From an uncultured virus (IMG/VR IMGVR_UViG_3300035670_000151) (taxonomy: Duplodnaviria > Heunggongvirae > Uroviricota > Caudoviricetes): a stretch of DNA of 64,000 nucleotides. Below are positions 25,843-33,885 of the stretch, piece after piece (position 1 is the stretch's first letter; the number at the start of each line of letters is the position of its first letter). Under the pieces are notes generated by a model. That model was not told the DNA's origin. It made no database searches and saw only the letters and a list, made by a program, of their open reading frames with translations. The position numbers and the translations under genes were made by a program. The stretch lies in IMG/VR virus record IMGVR_UViG_3300035670_000151, positions 1 to 64,000 of that record; one strand, given 5' to 3'.

Positions 25843-25871
25843 CAATATAACACGTAATTCTAAGTTGTCAA
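25843..25871 (-). promoter_or_regulatory. sigma70 promoter
   Basis: TTGACA…GTGTTATATT. Confidence 0.7.
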
Positions 25872-25948
25872 GCGGGCCGGTTGCTACCCCGGAAATGGCA
25901 CGAAACAAGCGACCTTCAATGCTACATTACCCTTGCCACTAGTTATAG

Positions 25949-26287
25949 TTAGTGGCGAACGTTCTTAGCCCACTGTTTGCGGGCCTTAGTCCCAAGCTTC
26001 CAAGACTTGCCGCCCCACTTAGAGATATGTTCATCGTCCCATTTAGTGGGGACGTTCATACGTCTGCTGCGAAGCTTGACCTTGTAGTGCTGGATTTCTT
26101 CGTCTTTGCGAGCGTTACGATTTTGACGCTTCTCGTTCATAACCCGGTGACGATCACCGAAGTTTTCGAGGGCGTAAAAATTACGTCGCCACCAGCCAAT
26201 ATCTCTAGGGCCATAAGAGGCGAGGACGCCCGAAAGTCCCCAAAGGCGGTTTTGAACTTTGTTAATTTCGTAGTGTTGTTTCTTCAT
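25949..26287 (-). CDS. basic Arg/Lys-rich phage protein
   Basis: R..R….P..WDD……KSWK…K.RKQW pattern; GGGAG RBS. Confidence 0.8.
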   Translation of the reverse strand: MKKQHYEINKVQNRLWGLSGVLASYGPRDIGWWRRNFYALENFGDRHRVMNEKRQNRNARKDEEIQHYKVKLRSRRMNVPTKWDDEHISKWGGKSWKLGTKARKQWAKNVRH

Positions 26288-26421
26288 GAATATCTCCCTT
26301 CATATTCGGGAAATATCATGCTCCATATAGTTCATATTTAATTCCTTACTTAATAAGGCGGAAGGCTACTATGACCGAGTAGGCGTAACTTCGCTTTAAG
26401 AGGGATACTCACCTTAGAAAC

Positions 26422-26498
26422 TGGTGCGCGTTACAGGGATCGAACCCGTGGCCTGTCGGATTAGGGGCCGACTGCTCTACCAACTGAGCTAAACGCGC
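26422..26498 (-). tRNA. tRNA with an 8-nt anticodon loop (CCCCUAAU), identity undetermined
   Basis: Otherwise canonical 77-nt cloverleaf, stem GTCGG/CCGAC, CCA. Confidence 0.8.
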
Positions 26499-26531
26499 TT
26501 GATTTTCAGGGCTATAGCCGATTCGGGAACG

Positions 26532-27107
26532 TCACGCAACCTTTGTTTCTGACATTCTTTTAACCGCTAGTCCTACTACGTCTTCTAGTCGATTCCACAG
26601 AAGAGCGTCTTTCGTTGTGTTTGTCATAAGAGGGCGGACATTATTAGAAAAATCCCCGAACTCTCTAATATACATTCCTAGTTGCTTGCTCTTATTGATT
26701 ACACTGAACTTCATATTAACAATACGATCAGCTACTTTAACCGGCGCTGCTGCGGGAAGTGCTGCTAGTTTTTTGTAGACGCTAGCATTGCGTTCCTTAC
26801 GATTGGCCCCTTCGCCAGTGCAAGCGAACACCATAGCAGCAATCTCAGAGCCGAAGCATTCGGCCAGCCTGTTAATAGACATATCGCAGTCTTCTAGGAC
26901 ATCGTGAAGCCATCCGCTAGCTCGATATTTAAAGTCATCGTAGCCATTTGCTACTAGAGTTTCTTCTACATGGGCTAGGTGGAAAGGATAAGGGAAGTCA
27001 CCATAACGCTGATCGCCATGAAGTCTAATAGCAAAAGAGCGGAAGTCTTCTATATAACCTTCTAATCTAGGTGTTGCAGGTGTTGTTAATAGAGTTATCA
27101 TTAGCAA
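26532..27107 (-). CDS. HD-domain (p)ppGpp hydrolase-like protein (SpoT/Mesh1 SAH)
   Basis: H..Q.YG..PY..HL..V, WLHDVLED, VKVADRI.N. Confidence 0.88.
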   Translation of the reverse strand: MLMITLLTTPATPRLEGYIEDFRSFAIRLHGDQRYGDFPYPFHLAHVEETLVANGYDDFKYRASGWLHDVLEDCDMSINRLAECFGSEIAAMVFACTGEGANRKERNASVYKKLAALPAAAPVKVADRIVNMKFSVINKSKQLGMYIREFGDFSNNVRPLMTNTTKDALLWNRLEDVVGLAVKRMSETKVA

Positions 27108-27155
27108 TCCTTTGTAATTGTGTTATACTTCGGCGCAACAAAGTAAGGAATAACT

Positions 27156-27602
27156 ATGAGCAGCCAAAGACAGCCTAGATATGACCACGGAACGAACGTT
27201 GACACAAGGCTTTCTAGATTAGAGACTATCATTGATAGCATTTCATCTACTCTAGATAAGATTCAAAACAAGTTAGATACCGAGTCGAAGATTAACTGGA
27301 CACCCATTGGTATCGGCATTACTATTTTCATGACTGTAGTAGGTTCTTTTGGGACTATCTACACCACGCGAATGAATGCAACCGACTCCAACCTCAAAGC
27401 AATGACGGAAGCTACACAAGCTCTTGCCGTCGCTTCTACCGAACAGCGTATTACGTTACAGACTGTTAAGGATCGCCAAGATGACTTCAAAACGCAGACA
27501 ACCTCCAAGTTTAATGAAGTTGATGGAAGACTATCTAAGTATTCTGATCGCCTTAGGGCACTTGAGGCCGTTACGCCTACTAAAGTGAAGGTAGCGGAGT
27601 AA
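27156..27602 (+). CDS. single-TM coiled-coil protein, holin or lysis candidate
   Basis: Lone + strand gene; TGTTATACT promoter; AAGGA RBS; one TM between coiled coils. Confidence 0.75.
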   Translation: MSSQRQPRYDHGTNVDTRLSRLETIIDSISSTLDKIQNKLDTESKINWTPIGIGITIFMTVVGSFGTIYTTRMNATDSNLKAMTEATQALAVASTEQRITLQTVKDRQDDFKTQTTSKFNEVDGRLSKYSDRLRALEAVTPTKVKVAE

Positions 27603-28001
27603 TTAACTCCACCACCATTGTCTATAACCGCAATCCATGGCATAGGGCTTCCAAGCCATAGGTAGAACACAGTTCATGCTAGCCAAGGCGAACATTGGCC
27701 CTATGTCATCATGCGAGTAACCAGCTAGGCCAGTTCCTAGCGCAGTAACTTTAAAAGTTATATCAGAATTCCGCTCTGCGAATTTGAGAAACTTATCTAC
27801 GTGCATTTTAATGGTCCTGAGGGGCAAAACCTTTAAAGCTGCATCCTTGGTAGGGACAGCGTAGGATTGGCCCTGTAGACCCTCTCCCTGCCCGTAAATC
27901 GCCCCATATTGAAGCCTAGCTATAGAAGCGGCACCTTTGCCATGCCTTCCTGCTAAATTGCTACCGAAAACAAAGATCGGTTTAGTAACGTCCGTATTCA
28001 T
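27603..28001 (-). CDS. A1S_2505-family phage protein
   Basis: IFVFGSNLAG.HG.GAA..A…YGA..G..EG..GQSYA.PTK; VT.LG.GLAG. Confidence 0.85.
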   Translation of the reverse strand: MNTDVTKPIFVFGSNLAGRHGKGAASIARLQYGAIYGQGEGLQGQSYAVPTKDAALKVLPLRTIKMHVDKFLKFAERNSDITFKVTALGTGLAGYSHDDIGPMFALASMNCVLPMAWKPYAMDCGYRQWWWS

Positions 28002-28416
28002 GGAGTTGCTTTCTTTCCATCATAATTAATTTGGGGTCGGGTGGTGGTTCGGGTAGCTTATCTGCCTTAGGCGGTGGGCGTTGACCCCAATCGACCGGTC
28101 TGGATGATACCGGGATAATCTTTTCTGGCTCAAATCGATATACGACTCTGCCTGTCTCTAGGCATCGATCACTTTTCTTTCGAGCTTCCAGAATTACCGA
28201 ACGCATATGGTGGAAGAAATGCTCATATTCCTCCCTACCATTTAACATTACACGCATCATATCGATGCGATACCCGTAGGTGTTGCTAGAGGCGTATTGC
28301 TCGACAACTCTTATGTTGATTTCTTGGTTTAGCTTATCTTCATAAGAGTCGACTTTAAGGTGCAGTTCTCTAGCAAGCTCCCTACAAAGGTCTTCCAGAA
28401 CTGGAGCGCTAGCCAA
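27982..28416 (-). CDS. hypothetical protein
   Basis: Overlapping operon packing. Confidence 0.7.
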   Translation of the reverse strand: MASAPVLEDLCRELARELHLKVDSYEDKLNQEINIRVVEQYASSNTYGYRIDMMRVMLNGREEYEHFFHHMRSVILEARKKSDRCLETGRVVYRFEPEKIIPVSSRPVDWGQRPPPKADKLPEPPPDPKLIMMERKQLHEYGRY

Positions 28417-28969
28417 GCTTCCCTACCTCGTCGCCAACCTTAGTCCAATCCTTGCGGTAGGTATTGCGGGCGAACATTTCTAGGTAAGGGCCGTCATAAA
28501 GCCGCTCGATAAAGTCATAGACTTCATCAGGCTTACGACTATGCTCTCTTACTGTTGATTGGAAGACCTGCCTAACGCCACGGTCTTTAACTCTAGGCGG
28601 ATTACCTCGACGCCCTAGTAGAACCATTTCCATACCGGCCCTAGTGTAGTAGCCGGTGGACATGTGTTTCTTGCCATGCTTGGTTAGCTTATCCCAAACG
28701 AAAGCAATTGACTTATAATCAAAGCCCCAAGCGTCCATTACTTCGAACGCTTCTGGAAGAAGGGGCTGATAAACCCACATTAAAAGAATAGAGTCTTTAG
28801 CAGCTACCTCTTTAACAGGTAGCGCACAAATGTCTGCGATAGACATTGTTTTATAATGCTTCGAAGGGGATTTATCTTCACCCTTGGCACTGTATGTTTT
28901 GAATGTCCAAGCCGGATCGGCGTAGATGACCGGGAACTTTCGGCCTTCCTCAATTAACTTATCTAACAA
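28409..28969 (-). CDS. MT-A70 family N6-adenine methyltransferase
   Basis: IYADPAW, HY.TM, L.MW, WGF.YK..AFVW.K, HSRKP, LEMFAR. Confidence 0.93.
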   Translation of the reverse strand: MLDKLIEEGRKFPVIYADPAWTFKTYSAKGEDKSPSKHYKTMSIADICALPVKEVAAKDSILLMWVYQPLLPEAFEVMDAWGFDYKSIAFVWDKLTKHGKKHMSTGYYTRAGMEMVLLGRRGNPPRVKDRGVRQVFQSTVREHSRKPDEVYDFIERLYDGPYLEMFARNTYRKDWTKVGDEVGKLG

Positions 28970-28973
28970 ACAA

Positions 28974-29303
28974 TCACTTACCTGTTGCGATATCTATCCA
29001 TCTTTTGGAGTTGGAGATATAGGTTTCTATCTCTTTCCGCATGTTCTGATCTGGGCCTACCAGTAGAAGAGTCGGAAGAGGTTGGTGCTTATCGATGCTA
29101 AGTTCCACAATGGCTTTAGCTACTCTAAGACCGTTGATATTTTCGCCATGAAAGCAGTCAATAACTACGTGACCAACCTTGGTAGCAGCGAAATTAGCAT
29201 CGAAACTAGAAGTAGTTTCAACATGCTCCCATTCCAACTTATCCATTCCCTTAGGGAACTTAATGTTAGCGGGCTTAATGCGTTCGCTGGCGAAAATATT
29301 CAT
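28974..29303 (-). CDS. hypothetical protein
   Basis: Packing; RBS. Confidence 0.7.
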   Translation of the reverse strand: MNIFASERIKPANIKFPKGMDKLEWEHVETTSSFDANFAATKVGHVVIDCFHGENINGLRVAKAIVELSIDKHQPLPTLLLVGPDQNMRKEIETYISNSKRWIDIATGK

Positions 29304-29452
29304 TTCTTGTTACCACCTTCTAGAGCTTCTTGACCTAGTTTGAGCCAGTCGATAGGCTCATCATCTACTAGGACTTCAACTAGCCATGGCTTTTCGGGAT
29401 TCCTTTTCCACTTGGTCACTTGACCTTTAGCGTTAGTAAAGGAACCCTCCAT
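29300..29452 (-). CDS. small hypothetical protein (MEGSFTNAKGQ…)
   Basis: Trimmed to avoid overlap with the lipoprotein gene. Confidence 0.5.
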   Translation of the reverse strand: MEGSFTNAKGQVTKWKRNPEKPWLVEVLVDDEPIDWLKLGQEALEGGNKK

Positions 29453-29468
29453 TTTCAAATGGCTGTAA

Positions 29469-29846
29469 TCAGCGGCGGCTTCGGAAGGAACCACGGCTTG
29501 AACTACGGAAGGTTGACCGCGAGGGCGAGGAAGAGTAATAGCGGGTCGCCGCTGGGCGGGAAGGACGGCTGTAATAGCGGGGACGCGAATAGTTCCGGTC
29601 ATTGCGGTATTCCCGCTTGGAAGCGGCCTTACCGGCGAGATAGCCGACGCCGCCAGCTAGGATCGCATCGCCATGACGATCAAGGAAACCGGGCTGTGCC
29701 TGCTGGACAGGGGCAGGGGCGTATTGCTGCTGCTGGACAGGCTGATCGTAATACGCCTGCTGTTGGGGTTGATTGGATGGGGCGCAAGAGCAGCCAGCAA
29801 CTAGGGTTGCGAGCGCTGCGCTAAAAAGAACAAATGATTTACGCAT
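29469..29846 (-). CDS. lipoprotein with Gln-rich linker and Ser/Arg-rich tail
   Basis: Lipobox LVAGC, GG..GYL.G motif, SR-rich C-terminus. Confidence 0.8.
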   Translation of the reverse strand: MRKSFVLFSAALATLVAGCSCAPSNQPQQQAYYDQPVQQQQYAPAPVQQAQPGFLDRHGDAILAGGVGYLAGKAASKREYRNDRNYSRPRYYSRPSRPAATRYYSSSPSRSTFRSSSRGSFRSRR

Positions 29847-30041
29847 TTTTCATATCCTTCATTAAAGTAGCTATGATATCTTCGATGGTTGACGGTTTAC
29901 CGTTTTTGACATTGTTACATTCCCAATGCCGGGGGCCGGGAATCGCGGGACCGTAACGCAACGCGCCATCCTCTACAGGGCGTCCGCAGTAATCGCAAGC
30001 CTTCGTATCCATGTTTGCTACTCAATGTTGTTAGTGGGGAA

Positions 30042-30118
30042 TGGTGGGGCCACCGGGCATCGAACCCCGGTTCTGCTGGGTGAAAACCAACTATCCTAGC
30101 CACATAGACGATGGCCCC
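30042..30118 (-). tRNA. tRNA-Glu(TTC)
   Basis: Cloverleaf, CCA. Confidence 0.92.
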
Positions 30119-30147
30119 GATTAAATAAACCCTTATTAGGGATTGTT

Positions 30148-30372
30148 ATTAGTAAGCGAAGAATGCCGAAGCCTAATCGATATAGTCGGCTGTTCAACGG
30201 GTCTTAATTAGCATTGCGGCGATGCGCCTCCTACAGGCTTCTTTCCACTTAGTTCCGACGCTCTTGGTTCAGGAACTGACTAATTAAACTCTAAGGCTGT
30301 TGCCCCGCGCTATCTACTAACATGCTGTAGGTCACATGCTTTCTACTAGCGTTTACTTCTTCGCTTACTAAT
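30148..30372 (-). ncRNA. ~225-nt structured RNA closed by a 16-bp stem
   Basis: ATTAGTAAGCGAAGAA/TTCTTCGCTTACTAAT; internal stems; CCTACAG/CTGTAGG pseudoknot. Confidence 0.65.
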
Positions 30373-30374
30373 TC

Positions 30375-30450
30375 TGGCTGACTAGGCAGGGGTCGAACCT
30401 GCATCTGACTCATTAACAGTGAGTGGCTTTACCGGTTAAGCTACTAGCCA
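30375..30450 (-). tRNA. tRNA-Asn(GTT)
   Basis: Cloverleaf, CCA. Confidence 0.93.
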
Positions 30451-30460
30451 AAAATTCTTA

Positions 30461-30766
30461 TTACCAGCGATCTTTACTCTCTACACGATCACCGACCATA
30501 TGCCAAGTGATTTCTGTCTTAGTAACTACTTTTTCTTGTCTTTCGACTTCGAAAATCTCTGCTGGGTTGTAATACCAATCCGAATGATAAGAGCCGGAAC
30601 GGCTTTCGTTGATCTGGTAAAACTTGCCGTCCTCATACTTGATAATGTAGGAACGATACTGGTATTTATGATCCTGAACCCAATCGGAGTCAGTCTTATC
30701 GACAATATAGTCTTCTAGACCCCAACTGTCTTCATTGTAAATTTCTAATACTTTTTCTAAGCTCAT
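30461..30766 (-). CDS. conserved phage hypothetical protein
   Basis: W..D.KYQ…, RSGSY.SDW.Y motif. Confidence 0.8.
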   Translation of the reverse strand: MSLEKVLEIYNEDSWGLEDYIVDKTDSDWVQDHKYQYRSYIIKYEDGKFYQINESRSGSYHSDWYYNPAEIFEVERQEKVVTKTEITWHMVGDRVESKDRW

Positions 30767-30783
30767 TTAAATTCTCTTATAAA

Positions 30784-30858
30784 TGGCAGGGGAGCAGGGA
30801 ATCGAACCCTGATCTGAGGATTTGGAGTCGACTGTAATAGCCATTATACTACACCCCT
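30784..30858 (-). tRNA. tRNA-Trp(CCA), weak anticodon stem
   Basis: Loop CTCCAAA, CCA end; two mismatches in the anticodon stem. Confidence 0.82.
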
Positions 30859-30865
30859 AAGTTGA

Positions 30866-31273
30866 TTATCTAGTAGTTGAAATAGTGTTACTTGCTACCT
30901 GTCCGCCAGCAATTGTTACTGAGCTTGATGCGTTACGCCAATCCGACAAATTCGTTGCACAAATAGAATGGGCTACAATCTTGTCTGCGGTAATAGAGCC
31001 ACCTATAATATGATTACCAGAAACGATCCCGCCTGTGGCATAGATTAACTTATTAAGCTTCTCAATAATAGCTGAGACCTGCTCCTGCGTTAGGAGAGAA
31101 GGGTTAGCTGTTAGTTGCTTTAGTTCTTCTTCGAGAAAATAAAGCTCATCCATCTTCTTTTCGTGGGCTTTAATGGCACCATCTAATCGTTCATCGAAAT
31201 AAACAAGCTGGTTTAGTAAGCCTGTTAATCGTTGCTCGTTACGTTCTTGCTTTAGTTCGTCAAAACTCTTCAT
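30866..31273 (-). CDS. coiled-coil protein with tail-fibre-like GSITADKI repeats
   Basis: AGGA RBS before ATG 31273; the longer ORF overlaps a tRNA. Confidence 0.7.
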   Translation of the reverse strand: MKSFDELKQERNEQRLTGLLNQLVYFDERLDGAIKAHEKKMDELYFLEEELKQLTANPSLLTQEQVSAIIEKLNKLIYATGGIVSGNHIIGGSITADKIVAHSICATNLSDWRNASSSVTIAGGQVASNTISTTR

Positions 31274-31288
31274 AATTAATCCTGTATT

Positions 31289-31365
31289 TGGTCGTGACGG
31301 AGGGATTCGAACCCTCAACTGCGGAATCACAATCCGCCATGTTCACCGTTTACACTACGCCATCG
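31289..31365 (-). tRNA. tRNA-His(GTG)
   Basis: GCGGA-TTGTGAT-TCCGC; A discriminator; irregular acceptor end. Confidence 0.88.
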
Positions 31366-31371
31366 ATAGTT

Positions 31372-31480
31372 TGTGGTAGGAACGTCTTCCTTTAGTTATT
31401 GCTAGCGCCACTCACTCCACTAGCTCACCCTAACACCTAATAACCGGTTAGGGAGCGGCGAAGGGATTAGCGCCCCTTCT
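31372..31480 (-). ncRNA. structured inter-tRNA RNA ending in ACCA
   Basis: Four hairpins plus GCCGCTC/GAGTGGC pairing. Confidence 0.45.
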
Positions 31481-31486
31481 GACAAA

Positions 31487-31560
31487 TGGCGAGCTATAGG
31501 GGAATCGAACCCCTGCTGCCGGATAGACAATCCAGCGTCCTACCATTAAACGAATAGCCC
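31487..31560 (-). tRNA. tRNA-Asp(GTC)
   Basis: Cloverleaf, CCA. Confidence 0.92.
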
Positions 31561-31570
31561 GTATTTGAAT

Positions 31571-31645
31571 TGGATCAGGGAAAGGGACTCGAACCCCTAT
31601 TAACTGGATCAAAACCAGTTGTCCTACCCATTAGACGATCCCTGA
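31571..31645 (-). tRNA. tRNA-Gln(TTG)
   Basis: Cloverleaf, CCA. Confidence 0.92.
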
Positions 31646-32115
31646 ACATGCACCCAAGTTCTACCCGTTCTTATTTTGGATATAGTTGAATGCTTGACGC
31701 CAAACATAGCGCCTAATTCTTTATTGTTAAAAGTATCTAGTAGAGATTTGATTTTAGCGACTTTAACATCATCCAAGATGGCATTATTATTTGCTGACCC
31801 TAGTTGGACTAAAGGTGGAGGTTGCCTACCCTTAGCCCACATATCCCTAATGTTATCCTCATCAGTTCCTAAAAAAAGATGATCTGGATTGCAACACTTT
31901 CTGTTGTCGCACTTATGACAGACTAGAAGTTCGCCCAATTCGCCTTTATATTTCATATAAGAATATCGGTGCGCTCTTATAGTTCTTTTATTACCTTCTT
32001 TTCTAGAACCCATGTTGAAAACGCCATAGCCCTTTTCACTTAAAGCGCCTTGCCATTCCCAACAGTTTGTTTCAGAAACTAAAATATAAGATAAAAACCT
32101 ATCTAATTCTGTCAT
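31624..32115 (-). CDS. HNH homing endonuclease with HTH
   Basis: CWEWQG…GYG…AHR.SY…VCHKCDNR.C.NP.HL.LGT..DN..DM..KGR; stop codon lies inside tRNA-Gln. Confidence 0.92.
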   Translation of the reverse strand: MTELDRFLSYILVSETNCWEWQGALSEKGYGVFNMGSRKEGNKRTIRAHRYSYMKYKGELGELLVCHKCDNRKCCNPDHLFLGTDEDNIRDMWAKGRQPPPLVQLGSANNNAILDDVKVAKIKSLLDTFNNKELGAMFGVKHSTISKIRTGRTWVHVQGSSNG

Positions 32116-32133
32116 AAGTGCCGTATTTAATTA

Positions 32134-32207
32134 TGGTGCGGACTAAGAGAATCTAACTCTTGCCTTCTGGTTGGAAGCCAGACACGCTAACACTACGCCA
32201 AGCCCGC
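32134..32207 (-). tRNA. tRNA-Gly(TCC), non-canonical T-loop TTAGATT
   Basis: Cloverleaf, CCA. Confidence 0.88.
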
Positions 32208-32258
32208 GTTAGGAATTTTGAAAGGACTGTGGCAAGTCCGAGCAACCGAAGTTGTAAA

Positions 32259-32334
32259 TGGTGGGAGGGGAGAGAATTGAACTCTCGACACTGAGATTTT
32301 CAGCCCCATGCTCTACCAACTGAGCTACCGACCC
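32259..32334 (-). tRNA. tRNA-Phe(GAA)
   Basis: Cloverleaf, CCA. Confidence 0.9.
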
Positions 32335-32340
32335 GTATTC

Positions 32341-32437
32341 TGGAGGAAGCAGTAGGATTCGAACCCACGGTGGACTTGTTTAAGGCCCACTCTCGCTTTC
32401 AAGGCGAGCGCGATAAACCAGACTCTGCCATACTTCC
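32341..32437 (-). tRNA. tRNA-Ser(TGA)
   Basis: Class II cloverleaf, CCA. Confidence 0.92.
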
Positions 32438-32448
32438 GTTATTTAATC

Positions 32449-32525
32449 TGGTGGAGAATAAGAGGTTCGAACTCTTTGCCTTCGCAGTGCAAGTGCGACG
32501 CTCTACCCAAATGAGCTAATTCCCC
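32449..32525 (-). tRNA. tRNA-Ala(TGC)
   Basis: G3.U70 pair, CCA. Confidence 0.94.
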
Positions 32526-32582
32526 ATTAAGGCAAGCTTCTATCGAAGCTCTTTACCGTAGTGTTCCGGCCTTAATTATTAA

Positions 32583-32665
32583 TGGAGCTAGTGGTGGGAT
32601 TCGAACCCACGATCTGGAATTCCGACTTACAAGATCGGTGCAATGGACCACTATGCGACACTAGC
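32583..32665 (-). tRNA. tRNA-Thr(TGT) with an 11-nt variable region
   Basis: Cloverleaf, CCA. Confidence 0.88.
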
Positions 32666-32672
32666 ATGTCTT

Positions 32673-32924
32673 TTAAGCTTTTAGACGCTCTGCGTCTTCT
32701 TCATCTATATAGCCGTAGTCAACTAGGTAGTCAACTACTTCTTCTAAAGTTTCGATATTAATTCCAGTAACAGAACCGTCAATATCCATCCAGTCGCCAC
32801 CTTCGCAACCGCCATATCCTTCTAGGTCATGCTCTTCTAAAAGGTCGATACACTTCTTACTTTCGAAGAAATGGACGCTTGAAGAACCATCACCATTGTT
32901 GCTAGCGGCAAAATAGATACGCAT
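32673..32924 (-). CDS. acidic hypothetical protein
   Basis: NGDGS.S..F motif; ORF between tRNAs. Confidence 0.75.
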   Translation of the reverse strand: MRIYFAASNNGDGSSSVHFFESKKCIDLLEEHDLEGYGGCEGGDWMDIDGSVTGINIETLEEVVDYLVDYGYIDEEDAERLKA

Positions 32925-32951
32925 TATTAGATACTCTTATTAGTGTTAAAC

Positions 32952-33041
32952 TGGCGGATCATGTTGGATTCGAACCAACGGCACCGGTTAAGGTGCATGT
33001 CCTTAGCAGGGACACGGCATAAACCACTCGCCCAATGATCC
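32952..33041 (-). tRNA. tRNA-Ser(GCT)
   Basis: Class II cloverleaf, CCA. Confidence 0.93.
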
Positions 33042-33114
33042 AATGAATTAATCGGTGGAGGCGAACTTTAAAACTAGCCTTCTTTATAACCAACCTAAGC
33101 TAGTCACCCTGAAA

Positions 33115-33522
33115 TTAGTAATTAGATTTATATTCTTTTAGATATTTAGAACGTCTAGATGACGATCCTTTATTTTTAATCCCATAATTATCAGTCTGAG
33201 AATGACAATTAGGACACAAAACTCTTAAGTTATAAGGGGCGTTGTTATCACTATCGCCATCAAAATGATCGATCTGTAATGATAACTTCTTACCTTCCCA
33301 AAACTCTCCTACTCCACACTCTGAGCAATAAGGAGTATCTTTTAGAAGTCTATCTCTTAATTGTTTGGCGTCCGTCAAACCTAAAAGAATATTCGGCCTA
33401 GTAACGAATTCATATCTATGATCTTGAAAACACTGGTTAGAACAAAACTTACCAGTTCTTTTCGAATCACAATATCTGAATTCTACATTGCAATAATTAC
33501 AGTTTGTTATTTTGTATGTCAT
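33115..33522 (-). CDS. HNH endonuclease
   Basis: KFCS..C; C..CG…W….L.LQ.DH.DG…NN…NLR.LCPNCHSQT; start trimmed to after tRNA-Val. Confidence 0.92.
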   Translation of the reverse strand: MTYKITNCNYCNVEFRYCDSKRTGKFCSNQCFQDHRYEFVTRPNILLGLTDAKQLRDRLLKDTPYCSECGVGEFWEGKKLSLQIDHFDGDSDNNAPYNLRVLCPNCHSQTDNYGIKNKGSSSRRSKYLKEYKSNY

Positions 33523-33528
33523 AATAAA

Positions 33529-33602
33529 TGGTAGCCAGTAGCGGTTCTGCCCCGCTGATCCCCACTTGTAAGGAGGGTAGTTTACTATTAACGTAACCGG
33601 CC
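33529..33602 (-). tRNA. tRNA-Val(TAC), non-canonical T-loop GCAGAAC
   Basis: Loop CTTACAA, CCA. Confidence 0.8.
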
Positions 33603-33662
33603 ATATATGGACAATTAAGTCCCGTAATTCGTCATAACTGGCCAAATGAGGACAGTTTAAAT

Positions 33663-33737
33663 TGGTCGGCGAGGGAAGAATCGAACTTCCATCTGCCCAT
33701 TATCAGTGGGATGCACTAACCGTTATGCTACACGCCG
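33663..33737 (-). tRNA. tRNA-Ile(GAT)
   Basis: Cloverleaf, CCA. Confidence 0.9.
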
Positions 33738-33746
33738 TTATTAAAA

Positions 33747-33828
33747 TGGACCCCTAGACAGGATTCGAACCTGCATTTTCAATCCAGTTACGTTACTAGC
33801 GGTTCGTAGCCGCCGTTGTTACTAGGGG
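33747..33828 (-). tRNA. tRNA-Arg(ACG) lacking a D arm, with a long variable region
   Basis: CCCCTAG/CTAGGGG, GGCGG-CTACGAA-CCGCT, canonical T arm, CCA. Confidence 0.75.
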
Positions 33829-33885
33829 ATATAGATTATCCACCCCATTGCTGGTCTGGAATATCTCTTGTTCTACAACTACTCA

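Noticed and set aside
25872..25945. HDV/theta ribozyme or SAM riboswitch
   Set aside because: Two hairpins are present, but I could not fit the nested pseudoknot or conserved core.
29469..29602. Long overlap of two - strand ORFs
   Set aside because: The extension is an alternative frame of the low-complexity SR tail; the real start is probably 29452.
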